A stretch of DNA of 64,000 nt from Chrysomallon squamiferum (GCA_012295275.1 CM022667.1:3286001-3350000); one strand, 5' to 3'; shown: positions 29,965-46,023, counted from the first letter of the stretch. Made by a program: numbers and translations. The notes: generated from the letters alone by a model not told the origin.

Positions 29965-30130
29965 CTGTATGACGTCATTGGCGGTATTTACAGCCCTCAG
30001 CATGAATGGAATCTGCAGGAATGAGCCTGCTGACGAAGGAAACGCTGATTGGCTAATTGCGTTCGGTTGTTTTTCTTCATTGGTTGAATTGTTCGCAATC
30101 ATCGCTGATGATTGGCCTGAACCAATTCCT
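29965..30130. promoter_or_regulatory. CRE plus phased CCAAT-box cluster
   Basis: ATGACGTCAT at 29969-29978; ATTGG at 30048, 30079 and 30111 (31/32-bp spacing), the first as CTGATTGGCT. Confidence 0.45.
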
Positions 30131-31321
30131 TTGATGATCACGTCAACTTTTTACACTCTGAATCTAGGGCGAGTTAAATATAATTAAAACAATGGGTTTT
30201 TGGTAAGTACTAAAGTACTAACTAAACCTATTTTCTGTGCCCACGAAAGACCTGTTATCCGATAAATGAAGGGAAAAAAAATAATTTAAAAATAAAAATA
30301 ATAATAATAATAAAAGAAAAAAAAGATCTAAAAAAATCAAACAAAATCGATTTAACCAGTTTTTTCAAAAACAGATTAATTAATAAAGCTAGTTCTTTGG
30401 ACGGGTGCTCTGTAACAATTAGTGGTTCATTAATGTGCGAACAAATTTCATGCAATTATTTGAACGAAAATATTGTAATTGCTGTTAATTCAGGTTCGAA
30501 TATTCTTCTTCCAAGCGCTAACTAATTAATATTTTACATTTATTTACTTATTTAAATTAATTTATTCTAGGAAAGGTATATATTAAAAGGTCTCCAATTT
30601 TAATTTTGAACATTTCATGATATTGTCTTTTTTTTTTTTTAAGGATTGATTGGCTTCTAAATAAGGTGAATACCCGATATACAACGATGTAAATATAAAT
30701 AAATAAATAAATAAATAATGAAGACTAAAGGTAAATTCACATTTTCATATAACTTTCAGAAAAAAAAGAAGTACGGTCGCCATCTTGAAGCGTAACCCGC
30801 GTGCTTTTCTGATGCAAAAGCGGAGGATCAGTCTACATTAGTGTGTAAAAAAAAAAAAAACCCACAAAGTGTATATTTCCTCCCGAATAACGAGAGCACC
30901 GGCTTGGCAGAGGACGCGGTTGGCAAGTTGCCAAATTCTGCTAACACACCGTAGATTTGGGTGAAGAATGCTGAACTGGTTCAACAGACCACGTGGCAGC
31001 AGGTACACCCGCTGAACAAAGATGGTTCTTACGGCAGTGTCCCGGCTCTGTTATTGTTCCTCAATATTTACTTTAAGTTTCGGAGAAGGCCGTGTGAGAC
31101 CGACACCCGTAAAACTCGTCTTCTGAACTGACGTTTTGACGTGTGCGTTACTATAGTCGTTCAGTATATACATATATATCTACTGATTTATATAGCGTCT
31201 TTTGATGGTGATGACGATGATGATGATAAACAACAATAATAATAACAACAGCAACAGTGACATAACCATAATCACTATCATAAATATAAAAATAATAACA
31301 AAAAACACATAAATAAATAAA

Positions 31322-31353
<32 letters not shown>

Positions 31354-32682
31354 TAAAAAAAAAAAAATGATAAAACGATGAAACGATAAAAGGTATTACA
31401 ATGATGATGATGAAAAAAAAAGTAATGACAGTGAAAAAACAAACCCCTGCTACTACAACTATTACTGTCGCCAGTGCTATAAAAGGAACTATTATTAATG
31501 CTGCTGATGTTACTAGATTTGTATCAGTGAATTTACTGCTGTATTATCACTTTAGTAATTGTTTTTCTAGATGTGTGTATACTGATCACTGCTGTGACTG
31601 TCGTAGTTTTGTTTCGTTTCTGTATTCAGAGCAGGAGCAACTAGGTTCTCGTATGACGTAGTGACACAAATATAACAAAAGGTATTTTCACACATTAGTT
31701 TTCAGTAGTCAAATACTGAAGAGAGACATATAGCACGATTGTCTATATACATTTCTGTTCGTGTTTCTGATGGTAACAAATTATACAACAAAATGTGATT
31801 TACTTTTTTTTTTATTTTAACACATCGTCTTATTTTTACTTCTTTTTTCTTCTCATATCTCACGCGTATACAGCTAAATATGTTTTAAATTTTAGTTTTC
31901 TTGTATCTCATATAGTGATATATGATACAACAAAAATGTGTCTTACTAATTTACTTTTCTTATATCTCATACCGACTAAATATATATATATATTTTTTAT
32001 TATTATTATTATTATTTTTTTTTTTTTTTTTACCTTTCTCATAGTGACACAATATACAACTAAATGTGTTTTACATTTTAGTCTGCGACACTTGATACTA
32101 CTAAATGTGTTTCACTTTTCACTTTTCCTGTGATTGCGGATCCGCCATGAAAAACGATATAACGCCATGATCGTAAACAGATGAGAGACATTCCTTGCCA
32201 GTTACTGCCAAAGTCTTCACAGAATCCTTCACAGAATCCATCACAGAATCCTCGCAATTTTCACCAATAAACATCCCCAGTTAGCCAGGCTCTCTCTTCT
32301 CGCCTGTCACGCTAGTATTAATTTGCTGTTGTCGTAGTTGTTGTCCTTATTATTATTGTTGTTTTCTCGTCGTCGTTGTTGTTATTGTTGTTTTTGTTGT
32401 TATTCTTATTGTAGTAGTTGTTTATCATTGTTACTATTATTATTATTATTATTGTTGTTGTTGTTGTTGTTGACGTTGTTGTTGTTGATGTTGCTGTTAT
32501 GCTAATGTTGTTAAAATATTGGTTAAAAGAACGTATTTAGTTTCTTAAGTCTGACGATAAAATTATTTTGAAAATAGGTTCTTCTTTTCATTTTGGGTTT
32601 CTTGTACCTCATAGGGACACATACGAAACAAGGATATCTCTACCCCTTTCACACACACACACCACGCACGCACGCACGCACG

Positions 32683-32784
<102 letters not shown>

Positions 32785-34169
32785 ATACATTACTCTGTAC
32801 TTTAATGTACTGAATTAAATTATTATTATTATTATTATTATTAACTGTATTACTCCTTATTCGTTGCATATTTTGACTACATAATCTCTTGTCACACAAA
32901 ATCCATTCTGACACCAGATAAGAAACCAGACACTAGTGTTTCCTTGATGCACCTTGCAGAACACGTTACAAAAAATGTTTTGTTACGTCAAAGTTTCATC
33001 AGATCTTTTGTCTAATCGCTGAAGTAACAAACTACTTCTTGAACTGATAGCTTATTTTTTGTTTTATTATTTTAAAGTATAATGACATAAGATAATAGAA
33101 AAAATAGAAAAAGAAACAAACAAACAAAAAAATAAAAAAAATAATAATAAAAAAATACAAACAACAATAAAATAACCAGCACCATAATCATCATCATCAT
33201 CAACTATCAATATAATCAAGGTTATTTTGTTCATCTTAACATTTGTTATTGTTTTGTTTTCCTGAATACGTTTATTTATTTACCTTTCAAAGTTTTGACG
33301 TGAAAATATGTTTAAATGACGTCTGATTATTTGCACTTTCATTTGTTGGCAAGCACGCAACGAGGAAGAACGTAAAACTCTAACCTCAACGATTGTTTGT
33401 TTCTCTGTCAAATTAGTGCTCGGAGCTCTTCGCCTATTTCCGTCAAAAACACAACCCGGAGCAAGGTAAGACAACAGACGTCTTTAATCACGTGATGCAC
33501 ACTTTAGAAGACGTCAGTGTCGGTCAGTTACAATCGTTTGTTGTAGGATAATAATACAAAACAAAACTCTTTAAGAATACGAAATTAATTGTTTAAAATA
33601 TGTTAGTACTAATCTACATACTGTTATAACAAGACTTTCTACATAAATGATAATGACGATGTAGATTATGAAGATGATGATGATGATCATCATCATCATC
33701 TTAAGCGGTTCGTTCTGACCTGAAATTTTGTTTTCATATAGAACCCACTATTAACCATGGAATATCATGTATATTATATTACACCTTAAATAAATCACAT
33801 TTTCTGTACTGGTTTCAGACAAAAATAGAATATGGGACTCAAAACAGATTTGATCCTAGATTCCTTCGTACATGGAGGCAGCTGTTTCTCATTACACGAA
33901 TCACAACCGTTATAGTAATTGACGCTTTGGAATTGGCCATATAACTGATACTGTTGTACAAGGTACAGCTAATACCTCGCGTTACGTTGTGTAATATTAC
34001 AGTCACGTGACAGCGTTACTGAAAACTGAGCTTTGCACCTGAGTCAGTACTTTGCAACTAGCTTTATGATTCTGCAGCCTGACAGACATAATACCTGGAA
34101 CAAAATACACTCAGACGAACAGACAAAGAAGAAACGGATATTTTCAGTAATGGTTCGCACCATAATCAA

Positions 34170-34239
<70 letters not shown>

Positions 34240-35247
34240 ACAATCACAATACACACACATATACACACATACACACCACATGCAGAACCACGATCATAAT
34301 TATACATACACACAAAAAACAGAGAAACATAATTACAACCACACGAAAACATCATTCTGAACAAAAACTACTGAATAAGAAGGAGTCTAAAAAAAAAAAA
34401 ACATGTTATTACGTTTTTAAATTAATAACTGTTGTACAGAGATATTATTAGAAATCTGAGTTCAGACTGTCACGAAGCGAAGCCTAGTTAAAGACAACCA
34501 GATTTCTACAGAAAAGAAAACGCGAATCGACTGTTACCAAATTACTTTATTGCGGGAGCTGTAACACGAATACCGGCGCAACATCATTTCGAGAAAACCA
34601 GTCTTCTCGTTATAATGAAAACCAGCAGGTGGTATTCCGCTTGTTCCGGGATTCCCGTCATAGCGCGTGCATCCCTGGCACTCTGCCAGCACCCCAGCAA
34701 TCATGTTCCTCTCAGAAAAGTCTTTTTTTTTTTTTTTTCTTTTTTTATTATGCCCGTTCAGGAAATGTGTTTGGGTAAATTCAATGAATGGAATTTCTTA
34801 GCATCGTTTAATTATGAGTGTGTATGAGGTAAATTCCTCCAATAAAATATTTTCCGTTTTATTTACGTAGCTGTCTTAAAAAAAAAAAAAAAAAAATGTT
34901 GAAGTACTGATAGTAATAGGGTTCAAATTTTTATTTGGTGTCAAATATTTATTTGAAAATAATTTGAGATATGTATGACATGCTCGATTCTATACCTAAG
35001 CTTATTACATATTAACGAAATGTAAACAAACATACAATATAACTGAATTTCCTACGAGCGTCTGCATAAATTATATAAAAATTTCAGTTTATTGAAAGCA
35101 GTCACTGTAAACACACATGATGTTTAATGAATGTAGGCTTATATAAGCTCTTTACTAAGACCTCTAGCACATCGTTATTAAGTGTGTTTCGTATTTTAAA
35201 ATGTTAAAAACATAATCTATATTTAATGCAAGACAACAAATCCAGTA

Positions 35248-35292
<45 letters not shown>

Positions 35293-35408
35293 CATAATAA
35301 TAATAATCAAATATGTCTACAACATAACAAAATAAACAAATATCTCTCATTATTATGTGAACTATTATTATTACCTTCAATATTATTATTATTATTATTA
35401 TTGTTGTT

Positions 35409-35447
<39 letters not shown>

Positions 35448-35683
35448 ATTATAGAGCTCTTTACACCGAAATCTACCAAACCTTTTACAAATCATCTTAT
35501 CATTATAGTATCAAAATCGACAAACTTCAATACTTCAAAAGCAGAATGCAGAACAACGACAAAAATAATAATAACACTAAGAAGAGAGAAACAAAGGAGA
35601 AGATAATAATCACTTCAACGACAAATCCCGGCTGAAGAGTGGCCGTCACCGCGACCATGTTGTAGTGACAGACGCGGCTAATA

Positions 35684-36630
35684 GCAGACGTCAGATAGCT
35701 GTAACCAGCAGACGTCAAGATAGCTGTAACCAGCAGACGTCAAGATAGCAGTAACCAGCAGACGTCAAGATAGCTGTAACCAGCAGATGTCAGATAGCTG
35801 TAACCAGTAGACGTCAAGATAGCTGTAACCAGCAGATGTCAAGATAGCTGTAACCAGCAGACGTCAGATAGCTGTAAACAGCAGACGTCAAGATAGCTGT
35901 AACCAGCAGACGTCAAGATAGCTGTAACCAGCAGATGTCAGATAGCTGTAACCAGCAGACGTCGAGATAGCTGTAACCAGCAGATGTCAGATAGCTGTAA
36001 CCAGCAGATAGCTGTAACCAGCAGATGTCAGATAGCTGTAACCAGCAGACGTCAAGATAGCTGTAACCAGCAGACGTCAAGATAGCTGTAACCAGCAGAC
36101 GTCAGATAGCAGTAACCAGCAGACGTCAGACAGCTGTAACCAGCAGACGTCAGACAGCAGTAACCAGCAGACAGCTGTAACCAGCAGATGTCAGATAGCT
36201 GTAACCAGCAGACGTCAAGATAGCTGTAACCAGCAGATGTCAGATAGCTGTAACCAGCAGACGTCAAGATAGCTGTAACCAGCAGACGTCAGACAGCAGT
36301 AACCAGCAGACAGCTGTAACCAGCAGACGTCAGATAGCTGTAACCAGCAGACGTCAGATAGCTGTAACCAGCAGACGTCAAGATAGCTGTAACCAGCAGA
36401 CGACAGATAGCTGTAACCAGCAGACGTCAGACAGCTGTAACCAGCAGACGTCAGATAGCTGTAACCAGCAGACGTCAAGATAGCTGTAACCAGCTGTAAC
36501 TAGCAGACGTCAGATAGCTGTAACCAGCAAACGTCAGACAGCTGTAACCAGCAGACGTCAGATAGCTGTAACCAGCAGACGTCAGACAGCTGTAACCAGC
36601 AGACGTCAGATAGCTGTAACCAGCAGACAC
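35684..36630. repeat. 23-24-bp minisatellite, about 40 copies
   Basis: Unit CAGCAGACGTCA(A)GATAGCTGTAAC with occasional 16-bp deletion variants; very homogeneous. Confidence 0.98.
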
Positions 36631-36837
36631 TGACTGGTCTCATGTCGGCTGCTCATCGATCCGGCCTAAGCCGCAGTGAGCAGATCGAATGTAATTAACT
36701 GACACCGTGTCCGTGTTACGCTAACATCGTAGCGGAGGCGCCGCTTGACTGGCTGTCAGTCTGTTGTTAATGCGGTACGTGTGGTTTACAGCACAGTGGA
36801 ACGATTTCTTTAGCCAGTGGTGTAGAGGCGATAGATA

Positions 36838-36844
<7 letters not shown>

Positions 36845-36893
<49 letters not shown>

Positions 36894-36978
36894 TAGATAG
36901 ATAGATAGATAAATCGACTGATAGATAGATAGATAGATAGATAGATAGCAAGATAGATAGATAGAAAGATAGATAGAT

Positions 36979-37033
<55 letters not shown>
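36845..37033. repeat. (GA)n/(GATA)n compound microsatellite
   Basis: Direct reading. Confidence 0.93.
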
Positions 37034-37034
<1 letters not shown>

Positions 37035-37084
37035 TTTAAAGTTTATTTATTTATTAAGTGTAAGTAGTACAAGTAGTGGCAGTA

Positions 37085-37272
37085 CGATGAAGATAATTTT
37101 AATGATCTTGTTCTTAAATTACTCCAAACCATAATATAATCTTACAATACCGTATAATACACATTCCCAAGCACCAAATTGTACCATGTCGTACCATACC
37201 ACGTTCCGGTCATATGTTTTTACAACATCATACCATATCGTGCAATGAACTGCATGCCAGACCAAACCCAAA
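37085..37272 (+). repeat. Dispersed repeat copy A (paralogous to 41488-41643)
   Basis: Shared blocks GAAGATAATTTT..ATCTT, TCCAAACC.ATAAT..ATCTTACAATACC.TATAATACACAT.CC, ATACCAC.TTCCGGT and TGCATGCCA..CCAAACC. Confidence 0.75.
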
Positions 37273-39264
37273 CATACCATGTCGTATACAATAATACTAC
37301 GTAACAGTCATGTCTTTCAGTCCCTATCAATCCTTGTTATGCAATGCATACAGCATGATAAGTTAAACCATACCATACAACATTATATTGTATCACTGTC
37401 ATAACTTTACCTGTAACAAATAACTATACCTATTACTGTACTGTATTATGTCGTACTGAACTCTGTTGTACACTTTTAGATGCTGTATCTACTGGTAAGT
37501 TGATTATGACATCATTGTTAACCATTTTCAATACTAATAATAATATTAAAAACTTTTTGAAATTGCCACGAAATAAAAATTTAAATCAAAGCAGTTTGTA
37601 AAATAGAAAATAAATATTGCTTCTAAAAAAAAAAAAAAATAAATAAATAAAATAAAATAAAATAAAATAAAAAAAATAAAAATAAAATAAAATAAATAAA
37701 TAACTAAATAAATAAATATATAATAAAATAAATAAAATAAAATAAAATAAAATAAAATGAAATAAAATAAATAACGATGATAATGATAATAAATCTTTTA
37801 AAAATAACAAAATATTTTAAAATAAGATATTCTAACTTAAACATTTTTGACTGATTTCCAAACTTGCGCAATAAAACTGATTATTTATATTTAAAATGGA
37901 GCCATAAAATAAAACTCTCGTTTTTACCTGATACAACGTATTCAGTTTCTGATATCACCTGCATATCAGAAAGTGCAAGTAAAAGAGACCTTGCTGCGAA
38001 ACAAATGTAAACTCGTCCTACCCCATTTAATATTTTTATAACCTTATTCTAAAAAAATTTTAAAATTTTTTTTTAAATATTGCACTTTTAAAAAACAACG
38101 TTATTGATATTACATCATAATTATTATTATCAATACTGTCATTATTTTTAATATTTTTCTTCTTGTTGTTGTTATTATTGCTATTGTTGTTGTTGCTGCT
38201 GTTGTTGCTGTTGTTGTTGCTGTTGTTGTTGTTGATCCTGCCATTGCTGTTGGTTATATCCTTCTCCTCGGTCTTTTTCAGATATGATAATGATGACTAC
38301 TACTACTACTACTACTACTATTTCCACTGCTATTAGTTGTCTTCATTGCTATCCATTTTCTTAACATTAGTGCAAGTGTCGTTGATGACGATGTTACGGA
38401 TACAAACTACTACTAGTTTTTATTATTCTTTACTTTAGAAATGTACTCCATTTCCTTAACAACATTACTAAATAATCGGTAATGAAATGAGAATAAAAAA
38501 AAAAAAAAAAAAAAAAAAAAAATAAATTAAAATAATAATAATTTCACAAATGTACTGTTAAAAAAAAAAAAATAATAATAATAATAAAAGAAAAAAAGAA
38601 TTTCTATAACAAGGTCACTATAATGACCTGCTCAGTTCAACACGAGGCTTCAGTGTGATGGATTCCGCAAAACAGCGCGCTGATTGGTCGAGATAGAATA
38701 GTGCTCACCTAACCGCTATTATTCATTTTATTCCGGTCAATTTATCATCGTGTGACAGGAAGACGGACGAGACACGACACGACAATGCATCTACGTCGCC
38801 GACGTCCTCTCAGTCTTCCACGAAACGTTAAACTCAATTTGTTTGCTTAATGAAAATAATCTGTCCAACCCCTTCGCTCTTTAACCATGTTTAGCGAAGA
38901 AATGTGTTCAGTTTCTTTTTCAGACATCGCTGATTAGAGTTATCTGCCCTTCGATGCCTTGAAGTTGCGTGCCGTAGCTAAATCAGTGCACTGGTGTAAA
39001 TGTAAAACTACTAAACACAATTGTTGACGTGCAAATTCCAACAACTATGCTATAAGGAATAATTCTAAGAACAAAATTTCACGTTTCTTCGGTCAGATCA
39101 TTAATTTATTTTAAAAAAACAACTGTAATAAATGTTAACTAGTCTGCTTTTCTATTACTAACAAAAATGACATAATTCCATTTCTTACATTCATTTCAAC
39201 ACAGTTCTAACATAACAATTTCAGAATACTTCTAACATAATTTTACTACGAACGAAAATGGAAT

Positions 39265-39296
<32 letters not shown>

Positions 39297-40480
39297 ACAT
39301 AATCTTGCGATTATAACTGACAATACATTTTCTTTCTTTCTTTTTTTTTTTTTTACTTCGAGCAAATTACCCACTCCTCCCCCCACCATCACCCTGTGAT
39401 CCAACAAGTTTTTCATTTATTTCTAGTATATGTTTCAACCACTTCAAAATCTTTAACCAACAGCAAAAAAAAAAAAAAAAAAAAATGGCGCCTCGTATCA
39501 ATGAGGTCACGACAACAGTTCGAATAATTCTACTAATAATTACTCCTCTTATAGTTATTAACCAACGAAACGTTCGTCTCTCTCTATATATATTTCTAGC
39601 TGGTTATAATAATTATATCCAACAACTTGACTATTTTATACATTTATTTATTTTTATTTATATTTTTACTACCAGCTGAAATAGTTCCTTCCCTCCTCGC
39701 TGTAAAGCCCCGACTTTTATTACACCATTCTCACAATCACCGGCATTCCACAATCAGCAGAACAGCATTTTGCCGTGTAACATTATCGATTGGTAGGACC
39801 TATGCGTTTTTACCTTATAGATCTCGCGCGTCTAATTGCTTTCTCGTCTGCGCTGGAGCCGCGCCAGCGTCGCGTCTGCTCGGTGTTCATTAAGGGCGCG
39901 CGCTCCGTGCCAAGACGAGGCTGCGGGCACACGAGGGAAGGGGGGGGGCTGAAAAAAACACAAAAAAAAAAACACAACGACGACGCAGAAATCTGCAGGG
40001 ATTGGTGACCAAATATTGATTCGTAAAAAAAAAAAAAAAAAATGTTTTTAGTCAGGTTTGTTTATTACTGTTTGTTTGTCTTATGTTGCTTTTTGATCAA
40101 AATCCCTGCTGAATTTATTTAATTCAACAAATGTACTTTTTGTTAAAACGATTCGGTGATTTGATTGTTTTGTTTGTAAAACTGATGGTTTTTGTCCAGT
40201 TGTTTTTGTTACAATTCCAGTTACAACTACTACTTATACTACAGTAGAACTACTAGTACTGTTACGACAACGACTACTACTACTACTACTACTACTACTG
40301 CTAATTGTTAATAGTTATTCTCTCTCATTCATTTTGAAGGTTATTTTATTTATAAAATTTACATGCAAAGAAAAAGTGTATTTTTACTTCGTCCAAGTGC
40401 ATTTTTCCGTTTTTTTTTTTTTAGACCGTCTTCGAATTATATTTTCTTTTTGATTACATCTTATATTCCCTCTACCGTCC

Positions 40481-40555
<75 letters not shown>

Positions 40556-40788
40556 ATATATATACACACACACACAGGTATGTATGTATGTATGTGTGTT
40601 ATCACATATATACACATATATTCACGTTCACGCACATGTACGACACTGTATGACACTGCAGAAACTTACGAGTATTTTCATCGTGTTCTTTATATGTTTG
40701 TAGACGTCTGATTCTGTATGAACCCGAATTCTCTGACATCGTAAACAAAAATAAATTCGCCATTACTGCATGAAAACGACACCTGAGG

Positions 40789-41391
<603 letters not shown>

Positions 41392-41430
41392 CAGTGTGCA
41401 TGTGTGTGTGTGTAGAGGTGAATTTTTTTA

Positions 41431-41462
<32 letters not shown>

Positions 41463-41487
41463 GTTTATAATAAAGTAAGATGGCAGT

Positions 41488-41643
41488 ATGAAGAAGATAA
41501 TTTTATTCATCTTATTCTTTATGTATTCCAAACCCATAATTTATCTTACAATACCATATAATACACATCCCATGTATCAAATCATACCGTATTGTAAAAT
41601 ACCACCTTCCGGTAACAAGATGCATGCCAATCCAAACCAAATC
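41488..41643 (+). repeat. Dispersed repeat copy B
   Basis: Same orientation as copy A, diverged, also preceded by an AG-rich microsatellite. Confidence 0.75.
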
Positions 41644-41669
41644 ACAGATGTGTATGTTTCACACGCGCG

Positions 41670-41729
<60 letters not shown>

Positions 41730-43379
41730 GGTGTTGTGTATCTATGTAAAACAGACATAAAGACAAATAAAGAGACCCAAACGCAAATAGAAGTCGAGAA
41801 AGACAAGTATAGAGAGAGAGCCAGCAAGAGAAAAAACGTAAAAGAGAAGAATTGGGGAAGAAAACGCAGAGAGTCAGAAGTCGTAATCGATGCCGACAGA
41901 AGAGTAGATGTTTTATGCCTCTGCTGCTGCTGGAATAATAAATGAGATGACAAAATTATTTTATCACATAGTATCTGCTTCTACAAACCGCTATTGTACG
42001 AGTGGTTTTTTTCTTCTGTGCTGTGAATTCCTCTGCTCAAGTACGTGCACCGGTACACGACGTAATAGAAATGTTGGAGAGGAAAATTACGTCGTGTTGA
42101 AGGAATGTACAACAGAAATTTTGAAATGGCGTGCTGCGTATGTACCGATGTGTTTACTGGTGTTACAGTTATGTACGCGTGGGTGATGAATGAGTGTGCG
42201 TCAGAGAGTGAGTACGTTCTGATTGGGGAAAATGTAATCGTTCGACAAAATTAGGGTAAATTTATGAACAGGTCATGTATCATGTATCATGTTATTATTT
42301 TTTTCTTATTGTAACAGCATGGTAAGTGTTGTAGTAACAATGGGTTCGGTTGTACTTTAGTAATAATGGTGGTAGTTGTAGAACTCGTAGTAGTTGTAGT
42401 AATAGTAATGCTTGCTGTCGTTGTAGTAGTACTGTTGGCAGTAGTGGCAGTCATAGTAATAATGCTAGTTGTACTAGGAATAGTACAGGTATTTGTGGTC
42501 GTCGTTGTTGTTGTCGATGATGTTACTACATATGATCAGTTGTAGTAATTGCAGTTGTGTAGTTTTGCAGGACCAGCAGCAATAACAGCGTCAAAAAGTA
42601 ACGTCAATAATGAAATAACGTCAACAACAACAACAACAATAGTGCAAAAAAGAAACTATGGAAAACAATGAGCCAAGTTTTCAACAACAACAACAACAAA
42701 AAAATGACTGGGATGTCATCATCATCATCATTATCATCATCATCTTTATTATAACCTTTTTTTTTTTTTTTTTTTTTTTCCTTACAACATTATTCATTTA
42801 AAAAAAAAAATTAACGTTTATGCTTAAAATGTAGACTGAGCGACTCGGAATCAAAAACCGGGCAAGCTTAAAAATGAAGAGATTTTTTTTTTTTTTTTTT
42901 TTTTTACTTTTTTTCGTGAACGCTGAGCTAAATAAACTGTTTGAGAAATCAATAGAGAAGACGACGCGAAGGCAGGACTTCTCTTCCCCTCAGCCAGACA
43001 CAGTGCCAGCAGTCTCACTCGAACAACTCGCCAAAATGACACGAACAGACTTAACAAGTCTGTTGTCCATGGCAGCAGAAGAACCTCCGGTGAAGTGTCC
43101 CAGACACGATAGCGAACGACGTCGTCCGCGTTGGGGTCAGCATCAAACGTGCACCACTCCCACGTCAGTGGTCGTGATCAGTGTCGTGGTCGTTTCAGTC
43201 AGTGAATGTGAGATACACGTAAACTCACACACATGTAACATATATAGTTATATGTTTGTGTATTATATATATATATATGTATGAATGTATATGTATCTGT
43301 ATGTATATATGTATATATATATGTGTGTGTGTATATATATATATATATGTATGTATATGTATCTATGTATGTATGTATG

Positions 43380-43416
<37 letters not shown>

Positions 43417-44738
43417 GTGTATATATAAATATGTATGTATGTATATGTATGTTTGTATATAATATACACAAATGCGCGCACACAGATTAAACCCGTTCAA
43501 TTCATGAATTCAGTCAAATATGAAATGGTGGATGAATACATTCAGTAATAACTGTTTTTAATAGTATTATTATCTATCTGTCTGCCTGTCTATCTATCTA
43601 TTTACATACTTATTTATTTATTTATTCCGTGAAAGGAGATAATCGTTAACTTTCTAAGACTGACGGAGATGTTGCACAGTACTATTTCTGACTCGCTTTT
43701 ACCAAAAACAGACATGACTGGTTTTAGCTAAAGAGCGTCGTGGCGGTAAATCAGAGCTCGCGCGGTTATCTGTTTGATCCCCCCCCCCCCCGAAACTCGC
43801 TCCGTGTGTTGTTTACGTCATAGCGCATAGCGTTATTCCGCATCACCGCCCACGTAGTGTGGTAATCCGCGGCGCTATAATACCGTCGTGATATTTACAA
43901 AACAACTGCTTGATACTATTCACTGATAAAACATAACAAACAAAAAAAAAAAACAAACAAAAAAACAAAAAAAAACCACTATCGATCACAACATGTACAA
44001 ATTTTATAGAGACATAAATCAATAATTTATTTACTTCTGTTTTTAATTGCAGTTTATTACTTCAAGACGATTTCGAAAAATGGCGGTCATGTTTGCGATT
44101 AAATGTTAACTACTTCTTCGGGAAAATGTCAAAATTGCCAGAATTCTGCAGACCTTTATCCCCCACCACCACCACCACCATCTGCCTTTATAATTAGGAT
44201 AATTTTCGTAGAAAACAGAAAATTATTCTACTGCCCACCCAAATGCTTTTTGCCCCAGGACGTTAATGTCACTTCCTACTAGAACCCCAAACCAGCGATG
44301 GCATAAAATGCGAACTGCTGCGCTAGTTATAAATAAAATGTCGTTAGAGTCCGGCGTTTGGCTGTTTTTGTTACGCCGTTTCCGGCCAGTGACGTGCTTT
44401 CCATGCAAAGGAGGAGTGTAGTAACGACAGAAATAGTATAAACCTTATACACGCTGGGCTTTTTCTTTTTCTTTTATTTTTTACGTTTTTATTTTTTTTA
44501 TTTTTTTTTTTTTTGAAAAGGCCAAATCGATAAATGATATAGTTCAAGATGCGATCGATACATTCTTCAAATATAAAAACAGACAAGCAGACTGGTCTGA
44601 GACTGTTGGCCTAAATTTAGACTAATCGTCCATTCCAACGGAAGTTGTTAACCTCAATAACGTCCGTGATCAGACGTCACCTGTATGGGTTTTCTTTATC
44701 TTCCCGATCTCAGTGCAAGCTTCTTTTTACCAGATTTC

Positions 44739-44795
<57 letters not shown>

Positions 44796-45292
44796 TGTAG
44801 CTGTTGTTGTTATTGTTGACTAATCTGTGTAATCGCTTGATGAAAACAAATACTAATTTTAAAAACTAATAACAACAAGAACAAAAATTATTAATTCAGT
44901 TTTTTGTCATAAGCAGTACTGTGACAAATTATACAATTCTAAAAGGTTTCTTTTTTCAGTTCAGAAAGTAACTCCGACAAAAGAGTCAAATCCAGTTAAA
45001 AGTAGAGAAAAAGTAATTTATAGTTATTTATAAAATGTCTGATAGTATTATCTAGTCATGATATATTTTCAGAACGTTTTAACTAATACTTTTAGCTGAA
45101 TATCGTATAATTAATTTATTCTTATATATAAAATACCCGCACAATAATTATGTGCATCATACTCTTCTCATTTTCATTTGGTCTTCTTATGATCTCTGTG
45201 TCTGTCTGTCTCTCTCTTTCTCTTTCTCTGTCTATCTATCTATCATCTCTATCTGTGTAAATCTCTATCCTTCTCTTTCCACACATAGACTT

Positions 45293-45356
<64 letters not shown>

Positions 45357-45990
45357 CAACAACAACAACAGTGATTCATATCTGGAACATGGCAATAAAT
45401 GTGAAGAAGGAAATCTCTGCTTCTGTTCTTTTCTCTTGATTATGAGATCATTACGTTGTCGCTAACATTAAACCAGATAGAAGTGTTAACAAGATGAACG
45501 TGTAACAAAGGGGATGCTACGTGTCAGAAACACGTGCACTCAGTGATGTGGAATACCGTGATTTCCTCATTAATGTTTTTTTTTTTTTTTTTTTACCGTG
45601 GATCCATCAGTTTTGTGTTTGTTTCACAATTAACACATTTGTGACACGTTACAGGGACAAACCAGCGTTGTTAATTAATATGACAACAATATAAAAAAAA
45701 AAATAAAGAAAACAAGCTGATAACACGTAGCTGATGCAAGTGGTAAAATTGTCTTCACGTAACTATTAAGTATGTTACATAACGAAGGATCAAACCCACC
45801 CGTTATTTTAAACAGAAATAAATATCGCTTAAAAGAACTAAGATAATTAAGAATCTACGTAATCACCATTCTCGATAATAAAAATCGTTGAGCAACCATC
45901 ATCAAAAAAAAAAAAAAAAAAAAAAAATCTGGTTTTCTACCTTCTTACAATAAACACTAAATAAGAAACGATACCGTTGTAACATTATTA

Positions 45991-46023
<33 letters not shown>

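Noticed and set aside
29827-30187. 104-aa and 108-aa opposite-strand ORFs as an extra exon or nested gene
   Set aside because: No recognisable homology; exons 1 and 2 already join seamlessly between MORN 5 and MORN 6.
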